DNA from: a virus
Lineage: Duplodnaviria > Caudoviricetes
Virus record (IMG/VR): IMGVR_UViG_3300030376_003877
Coordinates: 1-64,000 of that record
DNA length: 64,000 nucleotides
Strand: one strand, 5' to 3'
Part shown: piece after piece, positions 54,901 to 64,000 of the stretch
Layout: every line of letters begins with the position of its first letter
Position numbering within the stretch: the first letter of the stretch is position 1
Notes under the pieces: model-generated
What the model saw: the letters and a program-made list of their open reading frames with translations, nothing else
Database searches by the model: none
What the model was told of the DNA's origin: nothing
Translations under genes and position numbers: made by a program

Positions 54901-56534
54901 TCAGCAACTGAGTGAGATTTAACTCTAGTAATAAATCTAGAAGTATCTAAAACTCCATTAAAACTTAGTCTTTCTCCAAAAATAAAACTTCCTTGTTGAC
55001 TATATGCAGTCAACGCTGTTCCTGCATTTACATCATATCTTAAGAATGCAGAAGCACCACTTTGCTCTCCTTGAAGATGGACAGGAGATGATAAATTAGC
55101 ACTTACATTAAGGTCTAATGTAGTATATGTTTGTACATCAAATAAGGATAAATCCCAAACATTTAGTTGAGGTGTGGCAGTATTGTAACTTCCAGACTCT
55201 AAAGCAAAATCATATATTCTAGCGAGTCCTATTTCTATTCCAGCAGCTGCGGTAGAAGATGATCCTACTCTTTGATCTCTAAGACTTATCGTGGTTGAGG
55301 TGTTAAATCCAATAATTGGTGATCCAGAAACATTATTAACCTCAATAGTTGGACCAAAAGCAAAATTAACTGCCTGATTTTCTAAAAGTCTTGTGTCTCT
55401 GGGTTTTCTAACATCAATAAGTGATGGAGACGTTATATCAACTTCATAACCCTTAACATATGCTTTTCCTGGAGATACCTTATATACCAACAAATCATCA
55501 GACGGTACATTACCGCCAACAGTAATTTGTCCTGGTTCGTAAACTCCCCTATTTCCTTCTTGATTATTTAAACTTTCTTTTACAGAAGTTACAAATTCAT
55601 TAATGTAATAATTTCCAGATTCTTCAAAAGTTCTTTTTGCTAATTCATCACCTAAAAGATTATATTTGGTATCATCAATTTTTGTTCTTAATAATCCTCT
55701 CTGAACTTCTGCAAGTTGAACAAAATTTTCATCATTAAAGTCATCTGAGTCCTTTTTGACCAGAGTGCAAGAAATCTTTAATCTATCTGCACCTGGTGCA
55801 GTGTAATTATTGAATCCTTGAGCATTATCTGTAAGTTGAGGATCAATATCTGATGAAATAAGTTCTTCATTGATCAAAAGACCAATTCTATAACTAGGTT
55901 GAGTTCCATACTGGTCAAGAATCAATAGTTGACTTTGAACAGTTACAAAATTGCCTCTAATAAAAAATACACCTTCACTAACAACAAATGCCGATCCTGT
56001 TTGTGAAGCATCTCCGACAATAGTATTAGCAAATCCTTCCCCAGCACTTATAAAAGTAGTTGAATATGAAATACCTTCATCTATTGTAAGGACTTCATTA
56101 TCAAAAAATGTTTCAGTGCTATTATCTACACTTGACTCTAAGTAGTTAACATAAAGAGTAGTGTTTCCGTTTTGAGATTCGGAATCAGTAATATAAGTTA
56201 CAACTTGAGCACTAATACCTGAAGATTGTCCAGTAATCTTCTTTCCCAATAGTTGGTCAAGATAGATCTGAACAGGAACACCAAGAAACTCTTGTTGGAT
56301 TTGTATTCCATGAAACAAATCGTTATAACTCAAATTGCCAGGAATTACAACACTTCCTTCTTTGTATAAGTTATTGCCGACACTTTCAATCTGATTCTGA
56401 AGAATAGATTGAAGATTATTTAACTCTCTAGCCTGAACTGGATAGGCAGGTTTGAATAATACTCTATAATAGTTGCTACGAGGGTCAAAGTCGTCAAAGT
56501 AGGGAGCAACGTTGAGGTTAGTTTCCTGGGGCAT
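48960..56534 (-). CDS. Very large virion structural protein (VrlC-like/DUF4815)
   Basis: MPQETNLNVAPYFDDFD, QARELNNLQSILQ, APGADRLK, GIFVDNF, DPLAQTF; position after gp8. Confidence 0.85.
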   Translation of the reverse strand: MPQETNLNVAPYFDDFDPRSNYYRVLFKPAYPVQARELNNLQSILQNQIESVGNNLYKEGSVVIPGNLSYNDLFHGIQIQQEFLGVPVQIYLDQLLGKKITGQSSGISAQVVTYITDSESQNGNTTLYVNYLESSVDNSTETFFDNEVLTIDEGISYSTTFISAGEGFANTIVGDASQTGSAFVVSEGVFFIRGNFVTVQSQLLILDQYGTQPSYRIGLLINEELISSDIDPQLTDNAQGFNNYTAPGADRLKISCTLVKKDSDDFNDENFVQLAEVQRGLLRTKIDDTKYNLLGDELAKRTFEESGNYYINEFVTSVKESLNNQEGNRGVYEPGQITVGGNVPSDDLLVYKVSPGKAYVKGYEVDITSPSLIDVRKPRDTRLLENQAVNFAFGPTIEVNNVSGSPIIGFNTSTTISLRDQRVGSSSTAAAGIEIGLARIYDFALESGSYNTATPQLNVWDLSLFDVQTYTTLDLNVSANLSSPVHLQGEQSGASAFLRYDVNAGTALTAYSQQGSFIFGERLSFNGVLDTSRFITRVKSHSVADVKSVYSIVGTANTFNADTVQKDTISIGIASISARDNTGISTLSAPELASGGFIGVVTSGNLIKYTIADNVDPTIVRVTGVNGKTVTVTGVTTVTGICEGSPPESSTNLTNVSVIASRLQSSQGTGNLSSNDSIYSVLPKENIESVDLSGSSIVIRNNTSINIDANGLSQVFSVNDPSKEVFLAFDEERYSLLRSDGGTEVLTADKFVFSQGNTQLQLQGLSSADPDATLITSTRKSNITSKKKLKNTTNNIIIDKSKNSASGVGTATLQDGLTYGNYPFGTRVQDNIISLNVPDVIDVYGIFQSGTTEDPEAPSLAVANMNGPSATTNDLILGETFSGGTSGAKARYIKRKNDTDISFVYLNDIVFEVGEPLLFSQSTVSGNSSNIELGSQNVTRDYYLARGQRSSFYDFSRIIRKENVPEAASKLRVYFSNAYYASSDVGDITTVDSYGSFDYSTEISSVGNSRVTDIIDGRPRVSDYNVTPGSRSPLEFFGRNFNGGQHSSKNVIASDESITLGYNYYLARADRIYVDKNGSFSVKNGAPDDIPQLPLSVTDGMNIGNVFLPPYLYNTDDAKVTFIDHKRYQMVDISKIEQRVKNLEYYSSLNLLEQSTLNTFVPDINGLNRFKSGIFVDNFSSTLPQDLSIGIKNSIDTKRKILRPPHYSNAVNLQVGIGNTLLGAGVRRTGNIVTLDYANNIWLEQPFATRLENVTPFLINFYQGSIDLEPSVDVWIDTNTMQIRDVLMEGSFQGLADVIGAEVETAEDGSRIGVAPIVWDSWETVGAQLDLSATNRNESLAQSAQRNGTSAGAILAGQGIGAGRIDTGRTTVQSTVINGSVTLEQTRTGSQQSIQEVINTESLGDRVVNREITHTMRSRNIKFTAKAMKPFTQVYSYFDGVSISKFTVPKLIEVTMTSGTFTVGETIEGAMPGSVTTQQISSSSLPEIVFRAAAANHKYGSITEPSDIYDSNPYTRANSLPTAYTGASTIINVDTDTLQSEEFSQFFGYIQSGMVLRGRTSGAEATVTSVRLITDRVGTLIGSYRVPDPSSVSNPTFDTGRTEFRLTSSSINSRVKGSLSTSAQEIFYSQGDIDNTQEVTLSLRNARVATNDDIQPETRQLVGESTEVNIIQDINVVRIPPPPPPPAPPRPPNPPRRGDPLAQTFFVDDLTGIYLSKIDLFFQSKATDFPVTIQIRETRLGTPTNIVLPFSEVTLDPKFVEISEDGSVPTTFTFNSPVYLNSNTEYAIVVKADVTDYNVWISRFGEADITTASQEAGQILVTQQPLLGSLFKSQNASVWTPSQYEDLKFVMYRCQFVSQGVVQFFNPELPQQLEKITRNGISVTPRTISVGIGTTVNNTGVVAGRELSIGDIITQTSSNFRGVLVGLAGSSTGNLGLSNPGIGYTPAASQFTHTGVALTAFTGQGVNATANITINNGVAIAATINVGGSGYNVGDVLSPLTTGSDAFLPGKDMKLSVTELLGFNEFELSKVQGEVKFTANNYLQYTTSAGITSDVNVGVGGSLVPDAPVTVRNDGLHLKVFQRNHGMYSNTNRVLLKEVGSDIAPTALSAQYTKADTGAISVGSTVNLAVFEGLPVSVNNPGYVKIGSEIISYTGTSGNSLVGISSRSVDNTIAATHNINELVYRYEFGGVSLRRINKEHQFADTTASDAIGLDHYTIKINMAVDGTDRSSTSPTLGSRYFVTSKTGGGTKVKGTYNLPYSIVIPKLRTISPNGTSISSQMRTVSETSVSGTEISFLDKGYQEVSLNEKNYFDNQRMVVSSTNERSYLNGLPYNKSMTLNANMLTVDNRLSPAIDLDHAAVVFVSNRANQPITNYATDSKAKGILGDPTSLMYVTRNIILENPASSLRIFIDGYVSTFNDIRMFYALDQDLPATECIFTPFPGIGNQSEFGTVIQPFNADGRPDVYVPPSDVYSQYPSLNYFKEYRFTIDNLTPFNMFRIKVVGTSTNQAIVPQFRNLRCVAVV

Positions 56535-56540
56535 AATTCT

Positions 56541-58115
56541 TTAGAACTGCAAGATAATCTTTACGTCTTCTTTCTGTGAGGATGACCTGGTTACAGAGGG
56601 TCTATTATCAACGTGAATAATATTTCCTGAGTATTTTTTAGACTCTGGTTGAGCAACGCCCTTCACAAAACTTTGACCTAGAAAGTAGGTACGACTATTT
56701 ATTATAGTACTTATACCGGGACTTCCAATAGAACCAAAAGATGTATCAATCCCTAAAGAAACAGATCCTCCAATAATATTAATATTTCCTCCCGTTGCAG
56801 GATCATCCGTAAACATCAAAGACTCAAATCCATAGATAGGATCTGAATTTTGAGTTCCATCGGAGTTAAATCCAGAGTTTGTTCTATCCTGCCAATACTT
56901 GAGAACACCTGTAGATTGGTCATAAGATATGACTCTACCGACCGCAGTTGAACCAACTCCTACTTTCTGAGTGATAGTATCATCGGGAGTGAAAATAGCA
57001 CTTTGATAAGCATCACCCTCACTAGTAAGTTTGAGAGCATATACTGCACTTGCTTTATCTGTGGTTAAGAGAGTGCTTGAGTCATTATTGAGAGGATTAG
57101 CGATTAATCCAACTCTTGCAAACTCATTACCAGTAATAAAGTCAGGATTTTCGGTATCATTTTCAAATCTAGCATAAGTTAGAACATTGAATGCTCCTAA
57201 CTCTCTGTAAATATCAAAACCATGTCCTCCATTTGGCGGAATAATAATATTAAAAACTGGTGATGTCGATCCTGTAGGAACGCCACCAGTCTTAAGATCT
57301 AAAGTTCCATAAGTGTAGTTTGAACCGCCATTTGAGACATTAACAGATTCAATCTTTGAATCATTATTAATAATAACAGTTGCTTCAGCACCTCTTCCAT
57401 CGCCATTAATAGGAACTCTAGTGTATGTTCTAGCACTACCAAGACCAACACCACGATTTTTGATTGTAATAACTTTTAGTTGCCCACTTGTAGAAGCATT
57501 TTGCCTTATAGGTGCAATATCAGTATCAGTATCCCAATCATTTGGAACAGGAATGTAATTTGTTGATTCAAACTTGATTGCTTGACTTGGTTTTATGGTG
57601 TAAAGATACTTCCAAATATATCCATCACCACTACTACCAGCAGATCTTGGTTCCAAATCCGTAAATGTAGGTTCGTCTAGTGACGGACCTCCTTGGAAAG
57701 CATTTTCTGGAGTTGCATTATTATAAAGGCAGATATAAACTCTAAAATCAGAGTTCATTACATAATAATTAGAGTCATAAACATCAAAAGAACCAGATGG
57801 TTGCGATGGATTACTTCTGGTTATATCATTTCTCCACATATCATATGTGGTTCCTGTTGACCAAGTTGTTTTCCTAACGACTTGGCTAACATCACTTGAT
57901 GTGATTTTTTTCATAGCGATCATTGTATCCCAATAATCGTTAGAATCATTTAAACTATCTTTGGGTGACGGGGGATTTGTATTCCACGTAGATTGATAGT
58001 CACCAGCATTAGGTAATCCAATAAAAGTATAATAAGAATTTGAAGTGGATTGTATACCAGCAACAAAGTTCTTAGCGTTCAAAATACGAAGTTGGTCAGT
58101 AATTATAGCTGCCAT
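56541..58115 (-). CDS. gp8: Baseplate wedge subunit gp8
   Basis: MAAIITDQLRILNAKNF, DGYIWKYLYTI, DNRPSVTRSSSQKEDVKIILQF; two ATAAATA boxes at 58134-58140 and 58154-58160. Confidence 0.93.
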   Translation of the reverse strand: MAAIITDQLRILNAKNFVAGIQSTSNSYYTFIGLPNAGDYQSTWNTNPPSPKDSLNDSNDYWDTMIAMKKITSSDVSQVVRKTTWSTGTTYDMWRNDITRSNPSQPSGSFDVYDSNYYVMNSDFRVYICLYNNATPENAFQGGPSLDEPTFTDLEPRSAGSSGDGYIWKYLYTIKPSQAIKFESTNYIPVPNDWDTDTDIAPIRQNASTSGQLKVITIKNRGVGLGSARTYTRVPINGDGRGAEATVIINNDSKIESVNVSNGGSNYTYGTLDLKTGGVPTGSTSPVFNIIIPPNGGHGFDIYRELGAFNVLTYARFENDTENPDFITGNEFARVGLIANPLNNDSSTLLTTDKASAVYALKLTSEGDAYQSAIFTPDDTITQKVGVGSTAVGRVISYDQSTGVLKYWQDRTNSGFNSDGTQNSDPIYGFESLMFTDDPATGGNINIIGGSVSLGIDTSFGSIGSPGISTIINSRTYFLGQSFVKGVAQPESKKYSGNIIHVDNRPSVTRSSSQKEDVKIILQF

Positions 58116-58159
58116 TTTTATAGAACTTTTTGTTATTTATCTTAAATTTCAAGTATTTA

Positions 58160-61100
58160 TTAAATGTAATTAATGAACCTGAGAGAATCTCTTCTAGTGA
58201 CTAATGCAGAAGTAGAAATTCCACTGTAACCATTTTCATTATATGAACTAAATGTAGTAGAAATACTACTTCTACTTACACCAATTTTACCCCAACTGAA
58301 TGATCCAAAACTAGTTGTTCCATATGAAACAGTGCTTATAGAACCCACATTTGTAAATAATCTTCTAACAGCAGTTGTTCCAACTCCAAGCACATCTACT
58401 TGAACAGTTGAGGACGAATAAACTTGGAATACGCCGTCCATAAATGATGTGGTGATTCCTAAAGTAGTTCCGTCATTATAAAGACTTGTAAGAGCAGATC
58501 CTACTGCAGGAGAAATATTAGAGTTGAATACTGTGAAGTAGTCGCCAGTAGAAATACCACTCACAGTTACTGCAGTTCCTACAATATCTGATTTTCTCAT
58601 ATCAGAGTCAGATGGAATATATAAATCAAATCTAAGTTGATTAAATGAACCACTAGTTGTTGTGCCAAATCCTACTATGTTGCCATAATCTCCATTGTAA
58701 CTAGTAACTGGCATAATTTCTTCTACCAAAATAGGTTCTTCAATAATTACAGCAGGTGGATTAGTATATGTGTACCCAGAACCAATGGTATTTACAGATG
58801 CTGTTACTAGTTTGCCTGATGACATAGAACCAACTCCAGATGCTCTATGAGTATTGCCAAGACCAATCGGAGGGGCAACACTAATAGCAATCGTAGACAA
58901 TCCAACATAACCTTGTCCAGAGTTACTAATAACGAAAGATGATATCGTTCCAGCAATGCTTACCACTGCAGTTACAGATGCTCCAACCAAAACATCTTGA
59001 GTATTAACCACAATTGAGTTTTGGAAACTTCTTAGATTAGACTCATTTCTAGAATCAAATATTGGTCTAACAGTATCTACATATACAATAGTGGTGCTAA
59101 TACTCAATGGTTGCGTCAAATATGCTGCTGGAAAAATAGATGGTTCATACGCTAACCTATCTTTACCAATTTCATCACCATCAACAACTTTATCAATTTT
59201 TTGCTTATACCAATTGACTGGTCTGTATAATGTTTGATCAGTTGTAACACCTGGCCCAATGTATGAGTTAGTTGATACACTATCAAGAGTATTGATACCT
59301 ATAACAGTTCTAGGTTTTTGATCTAAAGTAATACTTTGGTTTAAATCAGGATTGTTGGATAGTTTTAACAAATCACCAACTTTGACTGTTTCCTCAATAT
59401 TGGTAAAAATAACATCAGTATCGCCAGAACCCCTATAAAACAAAATCTTAGAGGTGTCGCCAGTATTCCCATAACCTACTAGAGGTCCTTTAGGTGCCTC
59501 ACTGAAAGTGATTACACTGCCACCATCAAACACATATGCTTCACCGGGTTTTTGAAGAATATCATTAATGAATACCAGCAATGTTTGATCAAGTTCAATA
59601 TTTGAACCTTTCTTTGATTGAATTGCTACAGTTTCTTCGTTTACTTTCAATTTAAATGCTTTTGTAGATCCATCAAACTGATCATCTAATACATCAAATA
59701 CTTGGAATTGTCCAATAGACCATCCAGCAAATGCATCCGTGTGGACACGATCAACATTAATCTGAAACTCATCAAATGTTTTAGTAGTATCAGTTGGGAT
59801 TCCAGTCGATCCTCCGAGAGCAACAGTTAGAATTTCTCCTTCCCTGTAACCATAACCAGAATCTCTAATCTCAAAATCAATAACACTAGAACCTTGACCT
59901 ACAATAATGTTTGCTGTGGCGCTTCTGCCTATACCAGAAGGACTTGAAGAACTGAATATGAGAGGAATATCAACATAACTAAGGGGTTCATCAAATACTA
60001 CTACCGGAGCATTTGTGAATGTGTATCCAGCTCCAGGATTTGTAATCGCAACGCTTACAATATTGCCACCAGATATATTAGCAGTTCCAACAAACTCTAC
60101 ATTTGCTATAACACCACTATAGGTTTGAACTCCAACATTTACAACAGTTTGAATTCCAGACCTATACCCAGAACCACTATTTCCAATACTAATAGAAGCA
60201 ATAGTGCCTGCTGCAGATACTAAAGCAGTTCCTGCTGCAGATACTAATGGTTGATACCCAAATCCTCCTGTAGAACCTAATGAAATAAACTGTCCACCAG
60301 CAGGTAAAGTTGATTTATTGTAATCATATCCCAAAGAATTAGCATTACCTGTAAAACTAATGGAACTTATACCTGTTGGAAGATCCTCAATAATATTGTA
60401 ATCACCTTTGTGTGCTTGAACACCTTGCGGTGTCTGGTGTATTCCATTTACAATAACAACTGAGCTTGATGATATTCCAGTTATATTTGAGTTATTAGAA
60501 GTTATCCTATATGTTTGACCAATACCTGTAAACCTATCAGAAATAGAATCAAAAACATAGTTTTGATAATATGTCTCATTTGTAGTTCCTGTCCCAGCAT
60601 TTTTCATAAACGTTCTACCATGGAAGTTAGAACTTGTAGTAATTCCGGTCCAATCTCTACTATTAGGATCACCAGTTGTGGTGCTTAGTGGACTATGCCC
60701 AGTAGGTGCAACACCAAAGAAGAGTTGATTGTTAATAATGTTGTAGTTGCCGTCATATTTTGTAATTGTTGACCCAGTTGTGTGTATGGCAACTGTTGAT
60801 CCAAAATCACCTCTAGATACGGAAACTTTTATTGTATTACCAACTCCAATAGTTTTAAGAATCATGTATTCGTCATCAATTTTGATCACATCTCCTGATA
60901 TAAATGAGGTTACTCCAGTGGTGTTGAATACAAGATCAAAGGTAATATTTTGATCCAATGTTGTAGTGATATCTGTAACAGCAAGTGGAGATTGAATCAT
61001 ATTGTCAATTGCAATCACTCCTTTAGCATTCTGATTTGTAGAGTTAAAGGCATGAGACGCACCAGCTCCTACAGCACTTATTCCAACAGGAACAGGTGGT

Positions 61101-64000
61101 GTACTTAAAGCATTTTCAGCAGATGTTGCCAACTGTATTGATGCTTCATCAATTTTAATAACAAAAAGTTCAGTGTTAGGTAACTTAGTTGTAGCACCAA
61201 TACTTGGGAATGTTGTATTATCAATGACGATTGCCATTGTTGTTCCAGTACCCGGATGAGAATACTCAATTCCTTCTCCACTTACAAAGTAGTGATTGGG
61301 CATAATGATCTTATTTTTGGATACATCAACAGTTGCTGCAGATGAACCGTCAAATACTCTTCTAAAGATATCAAGTCCATCGTGTTTTAGATCAAATTTC
61401 GTCTTAAGATCTAGTTTAGTGCCCTCATAATCCTTATGATCAGTTTTGATTATAGTGTTAGATATGTCAATTTCATCATTTCTAACATTATCATCATATA
61501 TTATCATTTCTGTAAAATAAGTTCTTACATCAACGTCAATGTTGGGTTCGGGAGTATATACAATTTGAAGTCCACTAGTTGATGCGGCAACACCTACTGT
61601 TCCAATCGTGCCTCCAGTATTGATATTGCCCCATTCAACATAAACATCATTTGTGCTAGAGTTAAGTGCTCCAAATTCAAGGATTTCGTACTTATTATTT
61701 GTATTATCTTCAATGGTCATAAAGTAGTATGCCGACTCTGAAGGATCCTCATAGGATGCTACTACATTGGCAGTAGGAGATCCAGAGGAAGCAATAGTGG
61801 CATAACTAGATCCAACTCTAGTAACATCTAATAGTGTATTAGATACTGTAGTCCCTGCGTCAGAAATAGCAATGACACTTGCGTTGCAAGTCATCGCGAG
61901 TGACCCATTAGGGAAGAACTTAACAATAATATTTCCACCTGAAAGTCTAGAGTCAAAAGTTCCAAAACCAACACCAGTCACTCCTTCATTTTCATCAATT
62001 GACCCAAGTTCAAGTTGATATACATCAGTTCCATCATGAACTAAGTTTAACTCAGAAATAAACATTGTATTGTCAGATGCTTCAAAGTTAGCCATAACTT
62101 TTGCTGATCTGTATGTTGCTCCAATAGAAATAATATCAGTATTGGTTGATGCTGGAATGGTAGTGATTTCTGATTTTATAAAAGCAACATCTCCAAATCC
62201 CTTAGAACCCTCTGTAGATATTCCAGTTAAAATAGAGAAGTTTGCAGTTGAAACATCATAAGTGTTAAATTCAAACTTTGTAGGATAGAATAATAATCTC
62301 CAACCGTCAGATCCTGAAGCATAATCATAATATCCAAGATATGGATATGATTCAATGGATGCAAACTGGTTAATGTAACCTATGTTATTATTTTGAAGGC
62401 AAGAAACAATTGCAAACTGCCTCTCATCCGTAAAAACTCTATCTCGTACATGAGTGATGAGTTTATTGTACTTGAAGTCATTTCCAAATATTGAAATAAC
62501 TTCAAAAGGAGTTGTTCTTTCGTTGCTATTAAACTGAGGACTAATATCATCTATACTTAGAACTCTATTTCCTACTGACTGGAAATAATCAGAAAGAATT
62601 CTCGTATCTAATACAATTTCATCAGATATATCAACATTGCCCAATCTCCTAGTTCTTTCAATCGCACTATCAAAATCATAGTAACAATTTAGATCTGCAG
62701 AACTAACAATATCAACTATCGTTTCAATATTGGAATCTGGGGATGAAACTGTCAGTGTAAGATCATCATTCACTTCTCCACTAAGGATTTGCAAATCTGC
62801 ATATTTTTTAAACCCAGAAGTATGCACTAGTGAGTTTACTGGATCACTCCAAGTATCAAAATCGACTTCAGAACTAATTGAATATGAAAGATTTTGATAG
62901 TACTCATTATCAGGTAGTCTTTGAAGATTATCATTTAAGAATCCAGTGTTCTTTTGCCATCCTTCAGTGATTGTTGTACCTGTTCCTATAGTGATTTCTG
63001 CGTCAAATACTGAGATAAACTCAATAGCGCCTTCAGCACCAGAAGTTGCTCCTCTAATAATATCACCAGGTTGTGCAACTCCATCTATCTTTGCTTTGAT
63101 GATTTCAATATTATTATTGTAACTATCAACTCTTCCTTTATATGAAGGACCTTCAAATCTTTCTCCTTTAAGGAAATCATTTTTTCTAATCTGAGAATCA
63201 AAGATTGGGAAGTTGACCTTAGGAATAACTCTACCTAGAGAATCACTACTATAGTTGCCTGGATATCCCTTTCCGACATATTGGTTTAGATCGTACTCCA
63301 CCCATGCTCCAGATCCTCCTGCAGCAGCGTTGACACCAGATACTGAGAATAGTGCATAGTTATAATCTTTTGAGTTGAACCCAGAACCGGTAGATCCAAT
63401 ACTTATGTTTTCAACCATTATGGACTTGCCAACTTCAAATGGGAAGTCTCCTCCAGAGAACTGATGAGGAAGGAAGAGTCTTACAATTTTTGTTGAGTTG
63501 TTATATGTGATTGATGATATACTAAAACCATTTGAGTTATTAATGGGAATAATAGTAGGAGGAATATCATATAAAGAAGAAGTATTCTTAAGAATTTTTA
63601 CCTCTGTGTCTCCCAAGTCATATTCAAGATCTACTTCAACAACTTTACCACTAGATCCATCAATAACAATTAAATCAGGAGATACCAGATAATTTATTCC
63701 TGAGGATGTGATACCGATTGATTGGAATGATGAAAGAGGAGAAAGTTTAATAACCTCAGGGACTCCTGCCAAAACTCTTAGAGTTGGATCAGTAGGATAA
63801 TCATAACCAATGTTACTTGAATTGAAATCAGACTTTAAAAGTATTCCAATACTATTACTATCTGGTTCCAGGTATGCTCCAGTTCCAAATCCACTCGTTA
63901 TAGATGATATAGATGGAATACTCTTATATCCAGAACCAGGATCTAAAATTTTAACTTTTGATATTGCACCTTGAGCAGTTTTTGATGTTGTTTCATATGT
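58160..64000 (-). CDS. gp7: Baseplate wedge initiator gp7-like protein (5'-truncated at the window edge)
   Basis: Frame stays open from 63772 to 64000 by hand translation; LPDNEYYQNLSYSI, LVHTSGFKKYADL; immediately upstream of gp8. Confidence 0.8.
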   Translation of the reverse strand, partial: TYETTSKTAQGAISKVKILDPGSGYKSIPSISSITSGFGTGAYLEPDSNSIGILLKSDFNSSNIGYDYPTDPTLRVLAGVPEVIKLSPLSSFQSIGITSSGINYLVSPDLIVIDGSSGKVVEVDLEYDLGDTEVKILKNTSSLYDIPPTIIPINNSNGFSISSITYNNSTKIVRLFLPHQFSGGDFPFEVGKSIMVENISIGSTGSGFNSKDYNYALFSVSGVNAAAGGSGAWVEYDLNQYVGKGYPGNYSSDSLGRVIPKVNFPIFDSQIRKNDFLKGERFEGPSYKGRVDSYNNNIEIIKAKIDGVAQPGDIIRGATSGAEGAIEFISVFDAEITIGTGTTITEGWQKNTGFLNDNLQRLPDNEYYQNLSYSISSEVDFDTWSDPVNSLVHTSGFKKYADLQILSGEVNDDLTLTVSSPDSNIETIVDIVSSADLNCYYDFDSAIERTRRLGNVDISDEIVLDTRILSDYFQSVGNRVLSIDDISPQFNSNERTTPFEVISIFGNDFKYNKLITHVRDRVFTDERQFAIVSCLQNNNIGYINQFASIESYPYLGYYDYASGSDGWRLLFYPTKFEFNTYDVSTANFSILTGISTEGSKGFGDVAFIKSEITTIPASTNTDIISIGATYRSAKVMANFEASDNTMFISELNLVHDGTDVYQLELGSIDENEGVTGVGFGTFDSRLSGGNIIVKFFPNGSLAMTCNASVIAISDAGTTVSNTLLDVTRVGSSYATIASSGSPTANVVASYEDPSESAYYFMTIEDNTNNKYEILEFGALNSSTNDVYVEWGNINTGGTIGTVGVAASTSGLQIVYTPEPNIDVDVRTYFTEMIIYDDNVRNDEIDISNTIIKTDHKDYEGTKLDLKTKFDLKHDGLDIFRRVFDGSSAATVDVSKNKIIMPNHYFVSGEGIEYSHPGTGTTMAIVIDNTTFPSIGATTKLPNTELFVIKIDEASIQLATSAENALSTPPVPVGISAVGAGASHAFNSTNQNAKGVIAIDNMIQSPLAVTDITTTLDQNITFDLVFNTTGVTSFISGDVIKIDDEYMILKTIGVGNTIKVSVSRGDFGSTVAIHTTGSTITKYDGNYNIINNQLFFGVAPTGHSPLSTTTGDPNSRDWTGITTSSNFHGRTFMKNAGTGTTNETYYQNYVFDSISDRFTGIGQTYRITSNNSNITGISSSSVVIVNGIHQTPQGVQAHKGDYNIIEDLPTGISSISFTGNANSLGYDYNKSTLPAGGQFISLGSTGGFGYQPLVSAAGTALVSAAGTIASISIGNSGSGYRSGIQTVVNVGVQTYSGVIANVEFVGTANISGGNIVSVAITNPGAGYTFTNAPVVVFDEPLSYVDIPLIFSSSSPSGIGRSATANIIVGQGSSVIDFEIRDSGYGYREGEILTVALGGSTGIPTDTTKTFDEFQINVDRVHTDAFAGWSIGQFQVFDVLDDQFDGSTKAFKLKVNEETVAIQSKKGSNIELDQTLLVFINDILQKPGEAYVFDGGSVITFSEAPKGPLVGYGNTGDTSKILFYRGSGDTDVIFTNIEETVKVGDLLKLSNNPDLNQSITLDQKPRTVIGINTLDSVSTNSYIGPGVTTDQTLYRPVNWYKQKIDKVVDGDEIGKDRLAYEPSIFPAAYLTQPLSISTTIVYVDTVRPIFDSRNESNLRSFQNSIVVNTQDVLVGASVTAVVSIAGTISSFVISNSGQGYVGLSTIAISVAPPIGLGNTHRASGVGSMSSGKLVTASVNTIGSGYTYTNPPAVIIEEPILVEEIMPVTSYNGDYGNIVGFGTTTSGSFNQLRFDLYIPSDSDMRKSDIVGTAVTVSGISTGDYFTVFNSNISPAVGSALTSLYNDGTTLGITTSFMDGVFQVYSSSTVQVDVLGVGTTAVRRLFTNVGSISTVSYGTTSFGSFSWGKIGVSRSSISTTFSSYNENGYSGISTSALVTRRDSLRFINYI

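Noticed and set aside
1-64000. tRNA genes, CRISPR arrays, IS elements, DGR template/variable repeats
   Set aside because: Intergenic gaps are short and explained by promoters or terminators; no cloverleaf, spaced direct repeats, transposase or reverse transcriptase seen by eye. A tRNAscan and self dot-plot would confirm.

Overview
A 64-kb segment of a T4-like cyanomyovirus (Kyanoviridae-type) genome; every supported gene is on the minus strand. In transcription order (right to left): baseplate and virion module (gp7 truncated at the window edge, gp8, a 2524-aa VrlC-like protein, gp13, an expanded gp14, gp15), terminase genes gp16 and gp17 with fibre-like and glycine-rich genes between them, tail and head module (gp18, gp19, gp20, gp21, gp22, gp23, gp3), uvsY, uvsW, gp55, gp47, gp46, a vWA-metallopeptidase/CobS-like AAA+ pair, and the replication module (gp45, gp44, pyrE, purS, dam, gp62, regA, hsp20, gp43, uvsX, 2OG-Fe(II) oxygenase, gp41, mazG). 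Small hypothetical genes and a candidate PD-(D/E)xK nuclease close the left end. gp55 late promoters (TAAATA core), sigma70-type promoters and intrinsic terminators are readable by eye. I saw no tRNA, CRISPR array, intron, intein or IS element. The gene content is mostly known, so the best leads are non-coding: a ROSE-like RNA-thermometer hairpin over the hsp20 Shine-Dalgarno, back-to-back promoters at gp55 including an antisense one, and a motif at a fixed distance upstream of two -10 boxes that lack a good -35. All assignments come from motif recognition and synteny; no database search was run.
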